This document shows, one piece after another, positions 11,178 through 24,845 of a DNA stretch of 62,625 bases (within the stretch, counting starts at the first letter, position 1; each line of letters opens with the position of its first letter). The stretch is from Alloascoidea hylecoeti. Taxonomy: Eukaryota. Where the stretch lies: positions 186,001 through 248,625 of the forward strand of contig BCKZ01000019.1 in the NCBI GenBank assembly GCA_001600815.1. Direction: 5' to 3'. The translations under genes and the position numbers were made by a program. Below the pieces are notes generated by a model that saw nothing but the letters and a program-made list of their open reading frames with translations, did no database searches and was not told where the DNA came from.

Positions 11178-12650
11178 ATGAGTAATAAGTTTAATCACAC
11201 CAGTAATAAGGATTCTGGGAGTACGGAAGAGAAACAGGATACTAATAAGAAATCACAATATTTACGAGGTCGAAGGCTTCAGGAGACAGAAATACAATAT
11301 GATGCCAGTGGGAAAGAAATTAATCCTTATATTCCAAGTATGTTAATTTATATAATTCTTTTTTCATTAAATATACTAACATCATTCATAGGATTTATTT
11401 CAAATGCTCCATGGTATGCGGAAGAAACCAACTCTGGAGATTATTTAGGCCATCAAAGGTCCCATCATATAGATCGAGAAACCACCAAACAAATAAACGA
11501 TCCAATACGAAAAATAATTGATAATAATGATACATATATAAATAATAAGCAAAAATCAAAAAGGACATCAATAATTAAATTTAAACCAGGATCATGTACA
11601 AATTGTGGATCAAAACATCATAAAGCAAAAGATTGTCTTGAAAGGAAACGTAAAATTGGAGCAAAATATTCAAATATAATCATAAATGATGATTCAATTA
11701 ATATTGATAAAGATGATTTAACATGGGATGAAAAAAGAGATAGATGGTCAGGATATAATCCAAAAGAATATAAAAAAACAATTAAAGAATATAAAGAAAT
11801 TGAAGATTTACAAAAATTAATTGAATTACAAAAAGTTAAAGATAAAAAAGAAAAAGGAAATGAAAGCGATGAAGAAGAAGATGAGTTTGCATTAGAAGAA
11901 GCAGAATTAGGATTATCTTCAACAAATAATACACATGGAATTGTTGGTAATAATGATGGTAAAGCAGTTGGTCAAGGTTATGATAAAAGTTCAAGAATGA
12001 GTACTCGATCATTAAGAAATATCGAAGATACAGCAATTTATTTAAAAGCAATGAAAAAAGGAGATGAAGATTCAGAATATAATCCAAAAAGTAGAACGTT
12101 GAGATCAAAAGAAACAGGATATATTAATGATAATAATTTATTTGTTAGGAAATTAAATGGTGAAGCAGAAGAATTTGAAAAAATGAATAAATTAGCTTGG
12201 GAACAATCAGAAATGGGAATACCAATTCATTTACAAGCAAATCCAACTGAAAGTATATTAAAATTAAGAAAATTAAATGAAAATAACGATGAACAAAAAA
12301 TATTAAAAAAACAAAAGATTTATGAAAAATATGGTAAGCAAGATGAGTATAATAAACCCATTGATATTGAATCCGAAGATAAATTTACAGAATATTTAAA
12401 AGATGGAGAAATAAAAGAAGATGATTCAAATTTAAATGAAGAATTGAATAAAGATAAAGATGGGAATATTATTATTCCTTCATCTAAATATAAAGAAGAT
12501 ATCTTTCCAGGGAATCACACAAGTATTTGGGGATCATATTGGAAAGATGGACGTTGGGGTTATAAATGTTGTCATGCTATTCTTTACAATGCTTATTGTG
12601 CTGGAGAGGTTGGTATTCGAGCTCTGAAGAAGAAAGAAGAAAGTATATAA
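11178..12650 (+). CDS. SLU7: Second-step splicing factor Slu7; intron 11338-11391
   Basis: Splicing restores NPYIPRFISNAPWY. Zinc knuckle CTNCGSKHH..DC, KRDRWSGY, and C-terminal NHTSIWGSYW..GRWGYKCCH. Intron has GTATGT, TACTAAC and TAG. Confidence 0.95.
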   Translation: MSNKFNHTSNKDSGSTEEKQDTNKKSQYLRGRRLQETEIQYDASGKEINPYIPSMLIYIILFSLNILTSFIGFISNAPWYAEETNSGDYLGHQRSHHIDRETTKQINDPIRKIIDNNDTYINNKQKSKRTSIIKFKPGSCTNCGSKHHKAKDCLERKRKIGAKYSNIIINDDSINIDKDDLTWDEKRDRWSGYNPKEYKKTIKEYKEIEDLQKLIELQKVKDKKEKGNESDEEEDEFALEEAELGLSSTNNTHGIVGNNDGKAVGQGYDKSSRMSTRSLRNIEDTAIYLKAMKKGDEDSEYNPKSRTLRSKETGYINDNNLFVRKLNGEAEEFEKMNKLAWEQSEMGIPIHLQANPTESILKLRKLNENNDEQKILKKQKIYEKYGKQDEYNKPIDIESEDKFTEYLKDGEIKEDDSNLNEELNKDKDGNIIIPSSKYKEDIFPGNHTSIWGSYWKDGRWGYKCCHAILYNAYCAGEVGIRALKKKEESI

Positions 12651-13006
12651 ATAGTTGCAAGGATCCAGGATATAGCGAATGAGAATATGTCAACACAATA
12701 ATAGTAAAATCTTTAAATTCTTTGTCCGTCTGCGAAAGATGACATGTGCGTAGTTCCAGCTAATCACAATCAAGAATGTCAGCTTGTTTTTATAATCTCC
12801 CAAATGTTTCAATTGTTTTATAAATATTTAAATTTGATGTTGGTTAAAAGATAAAAAGTTTGGCGCAACTGTAAATTTCTAATGTGGCAATTATAATAAA
12901 GTTGTGATAGGATGCTATAAATTAATTTGAATTTGTCTTATCACTCCAACTTTTTTTATATTATTTTTACATCATATCTTCTCTTTTCACATTTCTTTTG
13001 CCATAA

Positions 13007-15792
13007 ATGAAATACGGCAAGGAAATATCAACTTATTCCGTACCAGAATGGAGATCTTATAATCTAGAATATAATGAAATTAAAAAATTAATTAAAAATG
13101 CAACTTATTTGGATCCTAGTCCATCTTCAAGAAAATCATTATTGGATGGATTGATAGAACAATATGAGACAGTAAGTAATTCATTCACATTCATAAATCC
13201 CTACAAACTTTTCACTAACAAATATGATCAAAGATATCTTTATTTGTCAAGGTAAAAAGCGGCGAGATTGATAGAAGAATAGAAGCATGTGAACAAATCG
13301 TTGACCGAATGGTAGGGGATGATGAGAAAAAAACGGCCAACGCCCGAATCCATGGCCATCGTAGGGTTAAGAAAAGACGGGTTAGAATCTCACAATTAAA
13401 AAGTGAGGTTGATCGTTTATCTCATGATCTTGAAGCTTTATCAAGATTTATTGGTGCTCAAAAAACTGGTTTCCGTAAACTCCTAAAAAAATATAAAAAA
13501 TATTCAAAAAGATACCATAATGATAATACTAATAATGACAATGAAAATGACAATGAAAATGACAATGAAAATGAAAATAATGATGATATTGATAATTACA
13601 TTGATAAGAATTTCCTACCAATTTTAGAATCAAATAATTCTTTTACAAGACAAGATTTTACATCAACAATTTTAGAATTATCTTTACTTTATAATATTTT
13701 AAGAGATAATAATGCAAAAAATAAAATAAATGAAAATACAAAATCAAAAATTTCTCCTGATATATCAAAGGATTTATTATCATTATTTGATTGTGAATTT
13801 ATAACATATGGTACAAATATTTTAACATTTTGGATTCATCCTGATAATTTAACACAAGTTAAAATTAATTTATTAAAATATATGGAAATTGTAATTGATA
13901 ATAATGATAATGAAAATTCAATTAATCAATTATCTAGAACTATTTCTAGCTTAAGTTTAAATCGTAAAACATCATTAAGAAGCTTACAAAATAATACAAA
14001 TGAATCTAATAAAAATAAAAATAAAAATAAATATAATGATAAAGATGATGATAATGATGATGATAATAATGGAAATGAAAATGATGATTCTTTAAATTAT
14101 TCTTTATACCTAGATGAACCAAATAAATTATTCTCAGTAACAAATGGTTTAGATCCAGGACAAATCAATTGGATTAATAAGAAATCAATTATTCCAACTA
14201 ATAAAGAAGATTCGAATTTTGTTTTATGTTCACCAGTTGGTGGTATACGTCATTTTGCAAGTGCATTAATTTCAAAAAATTTAACTGAAAATATTATAAA
14301 TAATAAATATGATGAAATTTTTAAATCAAACGAATATTCAAAATTATCAAACGTTGAGAAGATTGCTATTGATTGTGTTAAAACAAGACATGCAATTCCA
14401 ATTTCAAAAGTATCTTTTAAAAGATTAAGATTTTCTGAAATTAATAATAACAATCAAGATTCAACATCATCATCAACAATTAAACCAAAAGTTTGGGCAG
14501 TTATTGATGATAATATTAAATTTTCTGATATGGATGTCAATTCATTAGATTCATCAATAAATTCCAAAAATAAAAAATTTCCATATTCAATACTACAAAT
14601 TCGTTGGTCATCATCATCAATTAAACCATTATGGATTTCAAATTTTGAAAAATCATATTTAATTAAATTAATACCAAAATTTTCATTATATATTCATATA
14701 ATTTCATTATTAAAATCTAAAAAATTATCTGTCCAACCATCATGGTTAAAAATTTTACAACAAAATATTGATATTAAAGGAAAACCACCAAAAGATTTAA
14801 AAAAGAGAATCAGACCATCATTAAGTAGATCAAATAGTAATGCAACAACAATAACAACAAATAATTATGCAAGTTCAACTGATGAAGGATTATATCTTAC
14901 ACCAAGGAATAATATTAAAAGAAGTTCAAGTTATGGAGGATCATCATCAAATACAAATACAAATTCACCATTATCTTCAACAACAAAAATAAATGGAAGA
15001 GTTCCATTAATTAATAAACAGCAACAACAACAACAACAACAACAACAACAACCACAAGTTAGATATTGGAATGAATTTGATAATCCCGAATCTGATGATA
15101 ATGATGATACTTTTTTAATTCCAATTGGTGAAGATAATCAATCAAATTTTGAAAATGGTTTATTTAATGAACAAAATATTGATAAATTAATGAAATTTTC
15201 TGATAAAGTTATTGATTTTTGGCATAATATATTAATTAAAACTGGTTTTAAAAAATCATCAATTTCTTTAAGAAATAGATATAGACAAATAAATGCTTTT
15301 AATAATATTGATGATTTTGATGATGGATTTATATCAGAAGATGAAAATTCAACACAAGGTTTTAATACACCACCAAGACAATTAAATTATCAAAATAATA
15401 TTCAAAATACAAGAAATCAAAATACAAATTATATATCTCACCATTCATCAAAAAGAGATCAATTATTAACATTTTTATATTCATTTACTTTATTTTTATC
15501 TGCTTTATTATCGTCAACAATATTTGGTTTTATATTATCATCATCATATATTGATGATAATAATGATAAACATCATCAATTTAAAAAAAAATTAATTTTA
15601 TTACCATCAGTTTTTATAATTATTATAATTGGATTTTTATTTTCTTTAACTTTAGCTGTTTTATCAATGTCTTTATTTTTTATGAGATCTGAACAACCTC
15701 CTTGGTATCATCAAACATTTGTAATTGTTTCATTTTCAACTGTTATAATTAGTTCAATTTCTGGAATGGTTTGGTTACTTGATAGTTGGTAA
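13007..15792 (+). CDS. VTC5: SPX-domain vacuolar transporter chaperone subunit (Vtc5-like); exons 13007-13171 and 13234-15792
   Basis: SPX start MKYGKE..SVPEWRSYNLEYNEIKKLIK, GFRKLLKKYKK, VTC-like FWIHPDNL, RYWNEFD and three C-terminal TMs. Intron GTAAGT..CACTAAC..AAG restores ISLFVKVKSGEIDRRI in frame. Confidence 0.8.
15018..15051 (+). repeat. (CAA)n polyglutamine microsatellite in the VTC5-like CDS
   Basis: Encodes Q11. Confidence 0.9.
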
Positions 15793-16835
15793 ATTAACAT
15801 CAGATCGAGATTTATGATAATCAATTCATAATTATGTTTGTCTTAATTATTGCTGTTTTACAGTTTTTTTAAATTTTTAATGGGGCTCAGGGTAAGCATA
15901 TGGTATTAATGCTTATTTGAATTCATACATAATTATATGTGGTACTAGTATTAATTGTGATCGATTTTTCGATTGATTAAATAGTTGTATATAATTATCC
16001 GTCGCCAAAACATTTTGGTGTTTCTCTTAATAAGGCTTATAGATATTAAACATTCTTTCCACTTAATTCCATATCATCTTGTAGGAAACTGTTATCATCC
16101 TCCTATAGTAATCCAATGTATTCATAGGCGAAAATCACAGAGTACAGTAATAGAGACAGGCAAAAATCAGTCAAGGATATAATATGTAAATATTTAATCA
16201 CATGACCATTATTCATGAATTTATTGGCCGATTATTTAGTTTAGAAGTTGGCTGAAATTAAGAGGAATGGGTATAGAAATGAATTAAATTTAATTAGATA
16301 TTAAAGCGGACAAGCAAATAGATTTTTAATCTTGAAATAAATAATATTCTTTTTTAGAACTATGTTCGGTGGAGTCGAGTTTGAGAAGAAGATTTTAAGA
16401 TACCAAAATTTTGTCAACCTTTTATAAGCTAGAGTTCGGTACGATCATTCGGTGGTTGTAAAAAAAGGAATAACTGGGTTGGACATAATATATAAAGCTC
16501 CTTAATTCTTATTCTTCACTACGGCACTTGAATTAACGAGGCATTAAACAATTTTATAAACCTAGAGACGATATATGATTCCCATATGATACTCCATCTA
16601 ATTGTGGAATGCTTAGTGTGTTTGAAGGATCGATTGGGGAGTCTTGGTCTGTTAATAGATAAATTTAACTATTATAATATGAAAATTACTGGTATGAAAT
16701 ATACCCATATATGTGTAACTATAATCACATACAAGAAAATTACATTGTTGTTGCTCCCTTGATTACTAATTCTCATAATATTATACAAGTTTTATTGTTA
16801 AATTTAGTAATGCAATTCTGAAGAGAAAATATATA

Positions 16836-17059
16836 CTGTCTTTTCCGATTAATTTAACGGGTTGTTCGAGATTTAAATAGCAATATGGCTGGGTAATGTT
16901 TAACGATATGCACGAGTCTCAATCTTCCCGGACAACGGGCTATTTGCACTTACTATTCTATAATTCAAACCAACGATTAAATCGGGACTCGTGCATATCG
17001 TTAAACATTACCCAGCCATATTGCTATTTAAATCTCCTTAAATTAATCGGAAAAGACAG
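16836..17059. mobile_element. MITE of ~224 bp with ~80-bp TIRs and TA flanks (Tc1/mariner-type)
   Basis: 16836-16923 is near-perfectly reverse complementary to 16981-17059 apart from one ~9-bp indel. Ends are TA|CTGTC...GACAG|TA. No ORF. Confidence 0.8.
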
Positions 17060-17946
17060 TATATATTTTTATATTCTGTCTCAAAGATTTTGGAATAAGA
17101 ATCGAAAGAAGGAGACAAGTTTTTGTTACACAAGTTTTGTTATTCATTCTTTAATATATCTTATATTTAACACATATAATTCTTAATTAAAAATCTGTGA
17201 GCTATAAGAGAAGTTTCATATGGTTCGTAAGCTAACTTCGATATACTCCTCATCTTACAACATGTAATTGCTTTTAGTTCCAAAGTGTTAAAAGAATGTT
17301 TAGAAAATTGGATTTTGTTCTCGATTAATGCCACAAAAGCAAGTCGTGATACGGAGGTTTCAAATTGGAACACTTAGCTCTATGTTTTATTCTTTATGTT
17401 TTCATCGGAATATGGCAAACGAGTGAATATATTGAAGGAGAATAATATAAACTAGCACATGATGATTTAGATAACTTAACAAGCTTGAGCTTTTCATAGA
17501 GAACCTACAAGGACTATAACTGTATATAAAGAATTAGTCAACAGATTTATTCATGCAGACTATCTCTATATATAATGTAATAATTCTTTTACAGGTCTGA
17601 ACAAGTGAATACAATGAATTTAATGCTAATAGATTCTGGATGCTATATTTATAACAATCTATTACATGTAAACATTTATTGTTTTTGTTCTAGATATACA
17701 TAGATAAGTTTAACGTTGGTTGTTGATTTATTTATTTTTGAAGCAACATTTTTGAATTGAGTTTTTTTAATCTAATATATTGGGGAAAGAGGGAGGCAAG
17801 TTTAAAAATTGTAATATTATCTAACAAATTTAAGTACGATGTATTAATTTAATTTAATTGGATAATATATTTAATGGTGCTACTAGGTGGATTTAATAGC
17901 TTTGATTTGATGAAAAAGAAAATCTACATATTCCTGTTAATGGGTA

Positions 17947-18062
17947 TTAGTATGTTGATCCATAGCTTTGAGTTGATTATTTTTATTAATATGTTGACTC
18001 AAAAATATGAACCAACATAATAGTAAGAATCTCCAACTCAAAGCTATGGATCAACATATTAA
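17947..18062. repeat. Fold-back inverted repeat (~115-nt hairpin)
   Basis: Perfect 25-bp arms at 17951-17975 and 18034-18058; the interior also pairs (TATGTTG/CAACATA). Confidence 0.9.
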
Positions 18063-18337
18063 CCAACTCAAAGTAGGTCTAGGGGTACACGCCGAGTATC
18101 TCATGACATACTAGTTATGTTTACGATTGATTAGTTGGTTGTAATATACATAATTACGTTCCCGTGGTCAAATATCTAGACACTTAGCTTTTTCTCATAC
18201 AGGTCGGTAATATACATAATATTTTGCCTGATGTTTAATAAATAAGGGTGTTTCCTTCATAATTTCTTATTCCTTTCACTTTATATATCATTTGTAATAT
18301 ATTCTAGTAATCCTTTACCTCTTTATCTTACAATAAA

Positions 18338-19810
18338 ATGCTATCTGCAGAGCTTTTATTTTCTGAAACTTCAAATTGCAACCCACAAACCATTCATTCC
18401 CCTGCTATGCCAATCCATTCTCGAGAACAATCACAGTTGAATATTTCAAGAAAAACACCACCAGAACTCGAATCTAATGAATGGACAGTTGTTCAAGTAC
18501 GCCCAAGAAGAAAACAAAAAAAAAACAAATATCAAACAGAATATTTCCTTGATGACAATCATCCAAGTATTTCTCAAAATACTGACGAAGCTAATAATAC
18601 CATACGGAATTCACCTCAGAATTTACATATTGTCCCCGAAAACAACAATGGCACGATTAATCTACTCCAATTTCCCGAGGAGCTCATCGCAGAAATATGT
18701 CAAAAAGCGGATTTTCGATCAGCATTTGCGTTACAACGAATCTGCAGCAAACTGCATATGCGATCAATTAGGAGTTGCAGGGCAGTTCAATAAAGATACT
18801 CAGAACAACCTATCCACTTTACGTATACAGAAAATATTAAAAAAAGTCGAGTATAATTCAGATACCCCTCTGAAGCTCTCAGGGAAATGTAGATATGTTG
18901 ATGCTAATGGTGATCTTCGTTAACACATCTAAAGCTTTGATACACTTTCAGAAGATGATGTATACGGCCGCCAATGTGGATATTTTGATATCGATCAAAA
19001 ACTGGGTGCAAAAGACTATTTTACTCACCCTAGGCAAATAAAGGGTAATAAAAACACACACAAATAGTAGAAATCAAAAAATTTTCTTGGAAATTAAATT
19101 CGGTAAACTTTGTTGACGATAAAGAAAATTTTAGTTTTAAACTAGATTCCAATTCCAGTAATGATTGGTCCGCCTAAATATCGGACTAATCGGAGTGCTG
19201 GTGAGTGAACCTGTATTTAAGTTAAATACAGCTGGTGGTGAAAATACCTTGTCACTAACAAATACTAAATATACCGATCTTCATGTGAATGCCTCCGATG
19301 AAGTTACCAATAATTGGAGTCTAAAAGAAATATAAAAGATTGCACTCTATATGATAAGGATTTTGTTAAATATAGAATATATTTTACGGTATTATATGAT
19401 TTATTTTCCCAAAATCATAATAAATATTCAAACTCTTTGCTGGCTTCTATGAACAGTTGAAGAGATTCATAGAGATAATTTTAACAGAGCTCAGTTTATT
19501 CATGCATACGATATGAAGGATAGAAGCATTCTACACCTTCGACCACCTTGGAGAGTTGGAGAACCTAGATCATTTTTTATAATTTATTAATATTATAGGA
19601 TCTAGAAACAGGAAAAAATAGGTTTATAAACTTTGATTTTAGCCCTCAAAAGAAATCAGAATCTAGACACATCATGATTGACGATGAATTAGACTATAGA
19701 GTATTATGAAAGCTTTCTAACTAGAATGATTCACATAAAACACTATAAAGGTTTGTATGCTTCTTGGATTATTAATTCATTACTTGGAGACAACCCTAGT
19801 GATTAATGAC
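18338..19810 (+). pseudogene. F-box protein pseudogene
   Basis: LLQFPEELIAEICQKADFRSAFALQRICSKLH fits the F-box motif. Coding-like sequence continues with frameshifts and stops; the 3' limit is approximate. Confidence 0.55.
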
Positions 19811-20346
19811 CTAGCAAGTTTACAAGGCTAATGTAAAAATAAATTTGAAAGCTATATAGACATTTGGAAAAGGGAAAATTTCTTTAATACTATTGGCACT
19901 ATCTCATTTTCTCATTTGTAAATAAAAGACAGATTACTATCAAACAAAAATACCAATGCATCCTAAAGGATCACTACATAGAAGTGAAAACAATATTAAT
20001 AAAAGCTGGAGCGCATACTTTAGAGCTTTTGACGGCTTAATCGCGAAAATGATAGATAATGATAACACTTGGGTAGACGTCTAGAAATCATTCAAAAATA
20101 CTAGATTATTGGATCTCTGATGCCAGTAGATATCTTACCAGCACGATTGTAGAATATGATCATTATATTTACACATCCTGGTAGCGGTATTTTCGAAAAC
20201 AGTGTGAAAAAATGTCAACTGTATAACTCTAAGAATATGTTAATTAACATGATTTAATGTATATTCAAAAAATATGAAGTCAAAAAATTTAATTTATTTT
20301 TAGATTAAAATTACTTACTTAATTAATTCTATTATCATTATTATTA

Positions 20347-23300
20347 TTATTTATTTATTTTTAGAAATCCTTTTGGTATAATTTTATTTGTTATCTTTAC
20401 TACATATCGAACACCCAATTGTAGTAGATAAATCAGAGAACCAATGGCTTTAAAAGCTGATATTCCTGCCACACTCCACAAAATAAGTTTCAAATATATA
20501 TTAGTTCCTGTTTCATGAGGTTGATATACTTCACAAACTACCATTATCAACAATATGTTTGCAATAAGCCATGCCGATAAAACATTTGTTCTAATTTTTC
20601 TATAATAATCTTCTGGTCGGATTTCATTATGGACAACTTTTTTTGCATCTTTATTGGATCTTCTGTCACGTAGTAAACATAGCACCTCATCATAAGCAGT
20701 ATCTATATCAACTTGCTCCGATGGAATTTCTAATTCAACAATATCTTTTCCTTGGTAATTTTTCACAATAGCACTACCTAAATTCGTACTTGGAGAATTG
20801 TCACCTTTAGTACCCCATGAAACATCATGTGTGTTACAATATGCGTATATTTGTAAAGTACAAACATAAAGAGGAACCAAAATAATATATTGAACAGAAC
20901 AAGTAACAAAATGCCAAGGATCTAGATAAATAAGAGACATTAAGCCATAAATTCCATATGTTGAAAGAAGAGAAATGACAATATTGATAAACACACTATC
21001 ACGTAAACCATTATTGCCTTGCTGTAATAGCGTTTTAATAACAAAATATAGACCACACCCGGTTGCATATAGATAAACAATTATAAGGATAATCAATGAT
21101 ATCAGAAACAGATTCTTAGCTCCTTGAGGCCTGTTCCCCATTGAAAGTATGAAGATTATTGCTAAATCACAAAGACATATATATTTAAAAATAATGAAAA
21201 GCCAATATCCTCCATTATTTCCAATGAGAGTATTATCATTTCCACTGATACTTCCAGCTAAGAAATAAAAAGCAAGATAAAAATTAGCTAAAGAAAAAAA
21301 AGAAAAAATAAGTTGAACAAACTGATAAATGAACTCTACATGCAGAAATATTTTTCTCATTATTGAGTGATCTGTACTCCAAGTCTGTTTGAAATGACTC
21401 AAAGAATATAGAGCAGCAAAAAGTGCACCATTAAGCCATCTTCTTCTTTGACTGATGAACTCGGGTAAAGAATCAGGAACATCTGTTTCGCCTGTGGCAT
21501 TTTTCACATATTTTAAGACCCAACTTTCATTTTTTTTGGCTACCAATTCCCAGCAAAGAATTCTATCTTCTGCAAGATACATGTTAGCTTCGAAAACATT
21601 TTTATTTACCCCATCCAATGATTCTCCTTTGAAATATGAATTTAGAGGACCTGTTCCATCAGGATGATTGGCCAAAGCTCTATACCTATATGCCGATAGA
21701 GCACCAGGTAATACACTAACGTAACCAAATACACTTTCAAGTGGTTTATCAAGAATATTTGACATTTTGTACTCAAAGTTTTGAGCTGCAACCAATGGGT
21801 TCAATAAATTAACCCATCCCGTCCCTTTAATTGCTTTAATTTCTCCAGCTGCACCTGCGACATTAGAATCAATATCAAATGCTTTCCAAAGATTATAGAC
21901 AGCATCATGTGCTGGCTTGGTACCAACATCAAGTAATATACAAACATTAGGAGATAAACCGGGACAAATTCCATTGAAAAGCCATCTATGTGAATTGATT
22001 TTCTTTGTATTTTTTTCTTTTAAGCAAAATAATATCTGAACAGGAACAAGACCTGATTCTGCACCTTTAAATTTCAAATTAGTTCCAATTGAAACTTGTG
22101 TTGTATATTCAAATAAATGTGCTTTAACCTCTTTTGAATTAACATAACTTTTTGCAATTCCTTCTTGATAAACACCCATAGCTGCTAATACATCTAAAAC
22201 TCCAGGAGAAATTTTTGATCTACCATCAGAAATTATAACTACTTGAACTTTCTTCCACCCATCTTTTCCCCATACACGACTTTTATTTCTTGAGCATAAA
22301 TAAGCAACATTTTTCATGACAGCATGCATTGTTCTTGTAAAAGCTTTTTCATCTTCATTATACATTGTGATACAAATACATAGTTGAATTTCTCTTTCTG
22401 CTATTGATGATCTGAGACTGAATCCTCTTTTTGAAAAATCATCAGGATCGCATGTTACTGCACTATATCTCATGAATAAATACTCATGCTTATCACGGCA
22501 TGGTAAGAATGCTGAAAGTTTTGTAGGTACTGGACAATCCAAGATCAAATTTCCATGGACCAGTTCAACTTGTCTTCTTGTCATGGATTTATGTCTTCTT
22601 GGTTGAATATTCATTGGCGCAGCATAAATTGTTGTGTTTAAAGACTCATCTACTAATTCATTTACCTGTAACTCTTCTGAATTCATATCACTAAACGCTT
22701 TATGCTTGATTTCAAATGATTTCTCATCTTCAAGTTCAGTTCCTTCATCAGAATAATCATAACCATATTCTTCACCTCCATAGTTCTCGTCTTGGACATC
22801 ATCCTCTTTATAAAGAGACTGAGAACTATATGATTTAGTTTCAGCCTCACCAAGAACAGTTATATCATCAGCAGATTCATTTGTCTGGAGACTTCTTGCA
22901 GATTTTTGATCCCAGTGAGTAGAATCTTTTTTCCTACCTATAATAGATTTAGTAAATCTTGTAGGGGAGGTAGAGACATCATTATAAAGCAAACTTGGCT
23001 GAATCGACGGAGAAAATCCAGATAAATGATAAGAGTTTGGTGGGTCAAAAATTAGATTATTACTTTGATCATTAGAGACTGTAAGATTATCAATATCATC
23101 ATCAACATCTGGCTCCACTATTCTTATCGCACTTGAAACATCTCTTTCGGGTGATTCTCTCCTTATAGATTCTGATCTAGAAGACCTATTGAGATTTAAA
23201 CTGAATTTGTTGTTCCTAGTCGGAGAAGAAAAAATATTTGGAGATCTAGCTTTTGGTGAACGATTGTCTCTATTTCCAAAGGCAACAGTTGGTGATAATC

Positions 23301-23564
23301 TTGATTGAGCAGAGTTAGGTCTGAATGGATTATCTAAAATATTAATTAATATTCAATTATAACCAGAGATAATCTAACTAAAGATAAGAATCAAGAATAT
23401 TCTCTAGATATATTTTAATGAGTTGACTTACCTTCCTCCAAATCATAGTTGTTGTGCTTGAATTGTGAGGTCACAGCGGTTTCTGGTTGTGCCAATTGGG
23501 GTATATAAAGCTGACCAAAACGGGAAGGACTGTTATTCAATGTATTCTTTTCTTCTGGATCCAT
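20347..23564 (-). CDS. Chitin synthase (division 1, likely class II/Chs2-like); exons 23564-23432 and 23333-20347
   Basis: [37 protein letters not shown] and [12 protein letters not shown] at 23564, GTAAGT donor at 23431 and TAG acceptor ending 23334 give an open in-frame N-terminal extension. Confidence 0.93.
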
Positions 23565-24087
23565 TTTATGAAGTAAAAAGATTGTTGATTTGGATGATAA
23601 AGAAACTCAAGTAAACAAATCTGCAACTATATTTATGCATTTCCTTATTGGGAGCTAATTATGATTTCAATAGTATGTTGCATGCATCTATCAAGCTGTC
23701 TGAAAGTTTGTTTGTGTGCATATGAGAGTTTAAAAAGTAATAGTTTTGTTTATACCCAATGGCAGGGGAAAATCAATCTGAAGCCTACTAATTGATAACC
23801 AGCACTTGAATGTTATTGAAAAATAACATGTGATAAAAATAAAGGAATCAAACCTAATTTTTTTTTTTTTTTTTTCAAGTGACCATTAAGGCTCTGTATT
23901 AAACTGCTTTTTCTATAAATACTACAACCAAAAAATTGTGAAAATAAAAAGACCTATTACTATATTACTAGGCAAAAATACCTCTTACTAATGTTAGAGG
24001 TTCACTCTTTTTTGAGTAATGTTGTTACTTTTTATAGTATTATTGTCACTATTTCCAATCCTCCAACTGAGAGTACAAAAAGAAAAA

Positions 24088-24159
24088 CTCGGCAACGGGG
24101 AATTGAACCCCGGTCCCCCGCGTGACAGGCGGAAATTCTAGCCACTAAACTATTGCCGA
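24088..24159 (-). tRNA. tRNA-Asp (GTC)
   Basis: Minus strand reads TCGGCAATAGTTTAGTGGCTAGAATTTCCGCCTGTCACGCGGGGGACCGGGGTTCAATTCCCCGTTGCCGAG: acceptor stem, anticodon loop CTGTCAC, GGTTCAATTC T-loop, followed by a T-run terminator. Confidence 0.97.
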
Positions 24160-24354
24160 ATTACTGTCATTTACGGAGTGACTATTATTGGTTATGAGTT
24201 CCTTAGCTCTTTTATTAATCTCAAGAAATATTAAAATGTAACCATTTCAACAGTACTTGAAGTGTTCTATAAATATATACGGGTCCAAAGCTGAGATAAA
24301 TCCCTCTTTTATAAAGGGGGAAGGATAACTTTCGTTTATTTAGTTTAATACAGG

Positions 24355-24845
24355 TTTAGTCTGGATCTTGATAGTTGTACGTATCTGTTTCCGCAAGATA
24401 TTTTATTGTAAGCTTACTAAGCGATTGGTTAGCTTGTCAGAACTATAATTAGTATTAAAGATTTTAGGCTCTATTTTGAACGTAAGTCGAGTAAAAATAG
24501 ACAATGATATCATCTTAGTAGGACAATAAGCATGAGAATTCCACCTTCAAGAATACATGAATTAATTCATAAGTCAGATAGATTAAATGTTCAAAAACTA
24601 TTGAAGTAATTATGCCTGTGACCAGGTTTTAAAATACCTTTTTATTTGACTGAAATACGTACATTATTGTAGATCTCTTTTGTAATGATAGTAAATAATG
24701 GTAGATGCTTTGATAGAGATAAAAACACCATTAAGAACACATTTTTCCATGATGGCTTGAAAAAACCACTAATAGAGAACTCGTTGATAAATAGTTACAT
24801 AATCATAACTTAGGCTTTGTGATCATTCTCCGCTTTTTTGAAGAC
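24355..24845 (+). pseudogene. Possible eroded Fanzor/TnpB-like RuvC nuclease remnant
   Basis: Ordered peptides across frames: FSLDL.SCTYLF, KDFRLYFERK, DIILVG, RIPPSRIHELIHK, EIRTLL/LFCND, GRCFDRDKNTIKN, PLF*R. Recognised by eye only. Confidence 0.3.
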
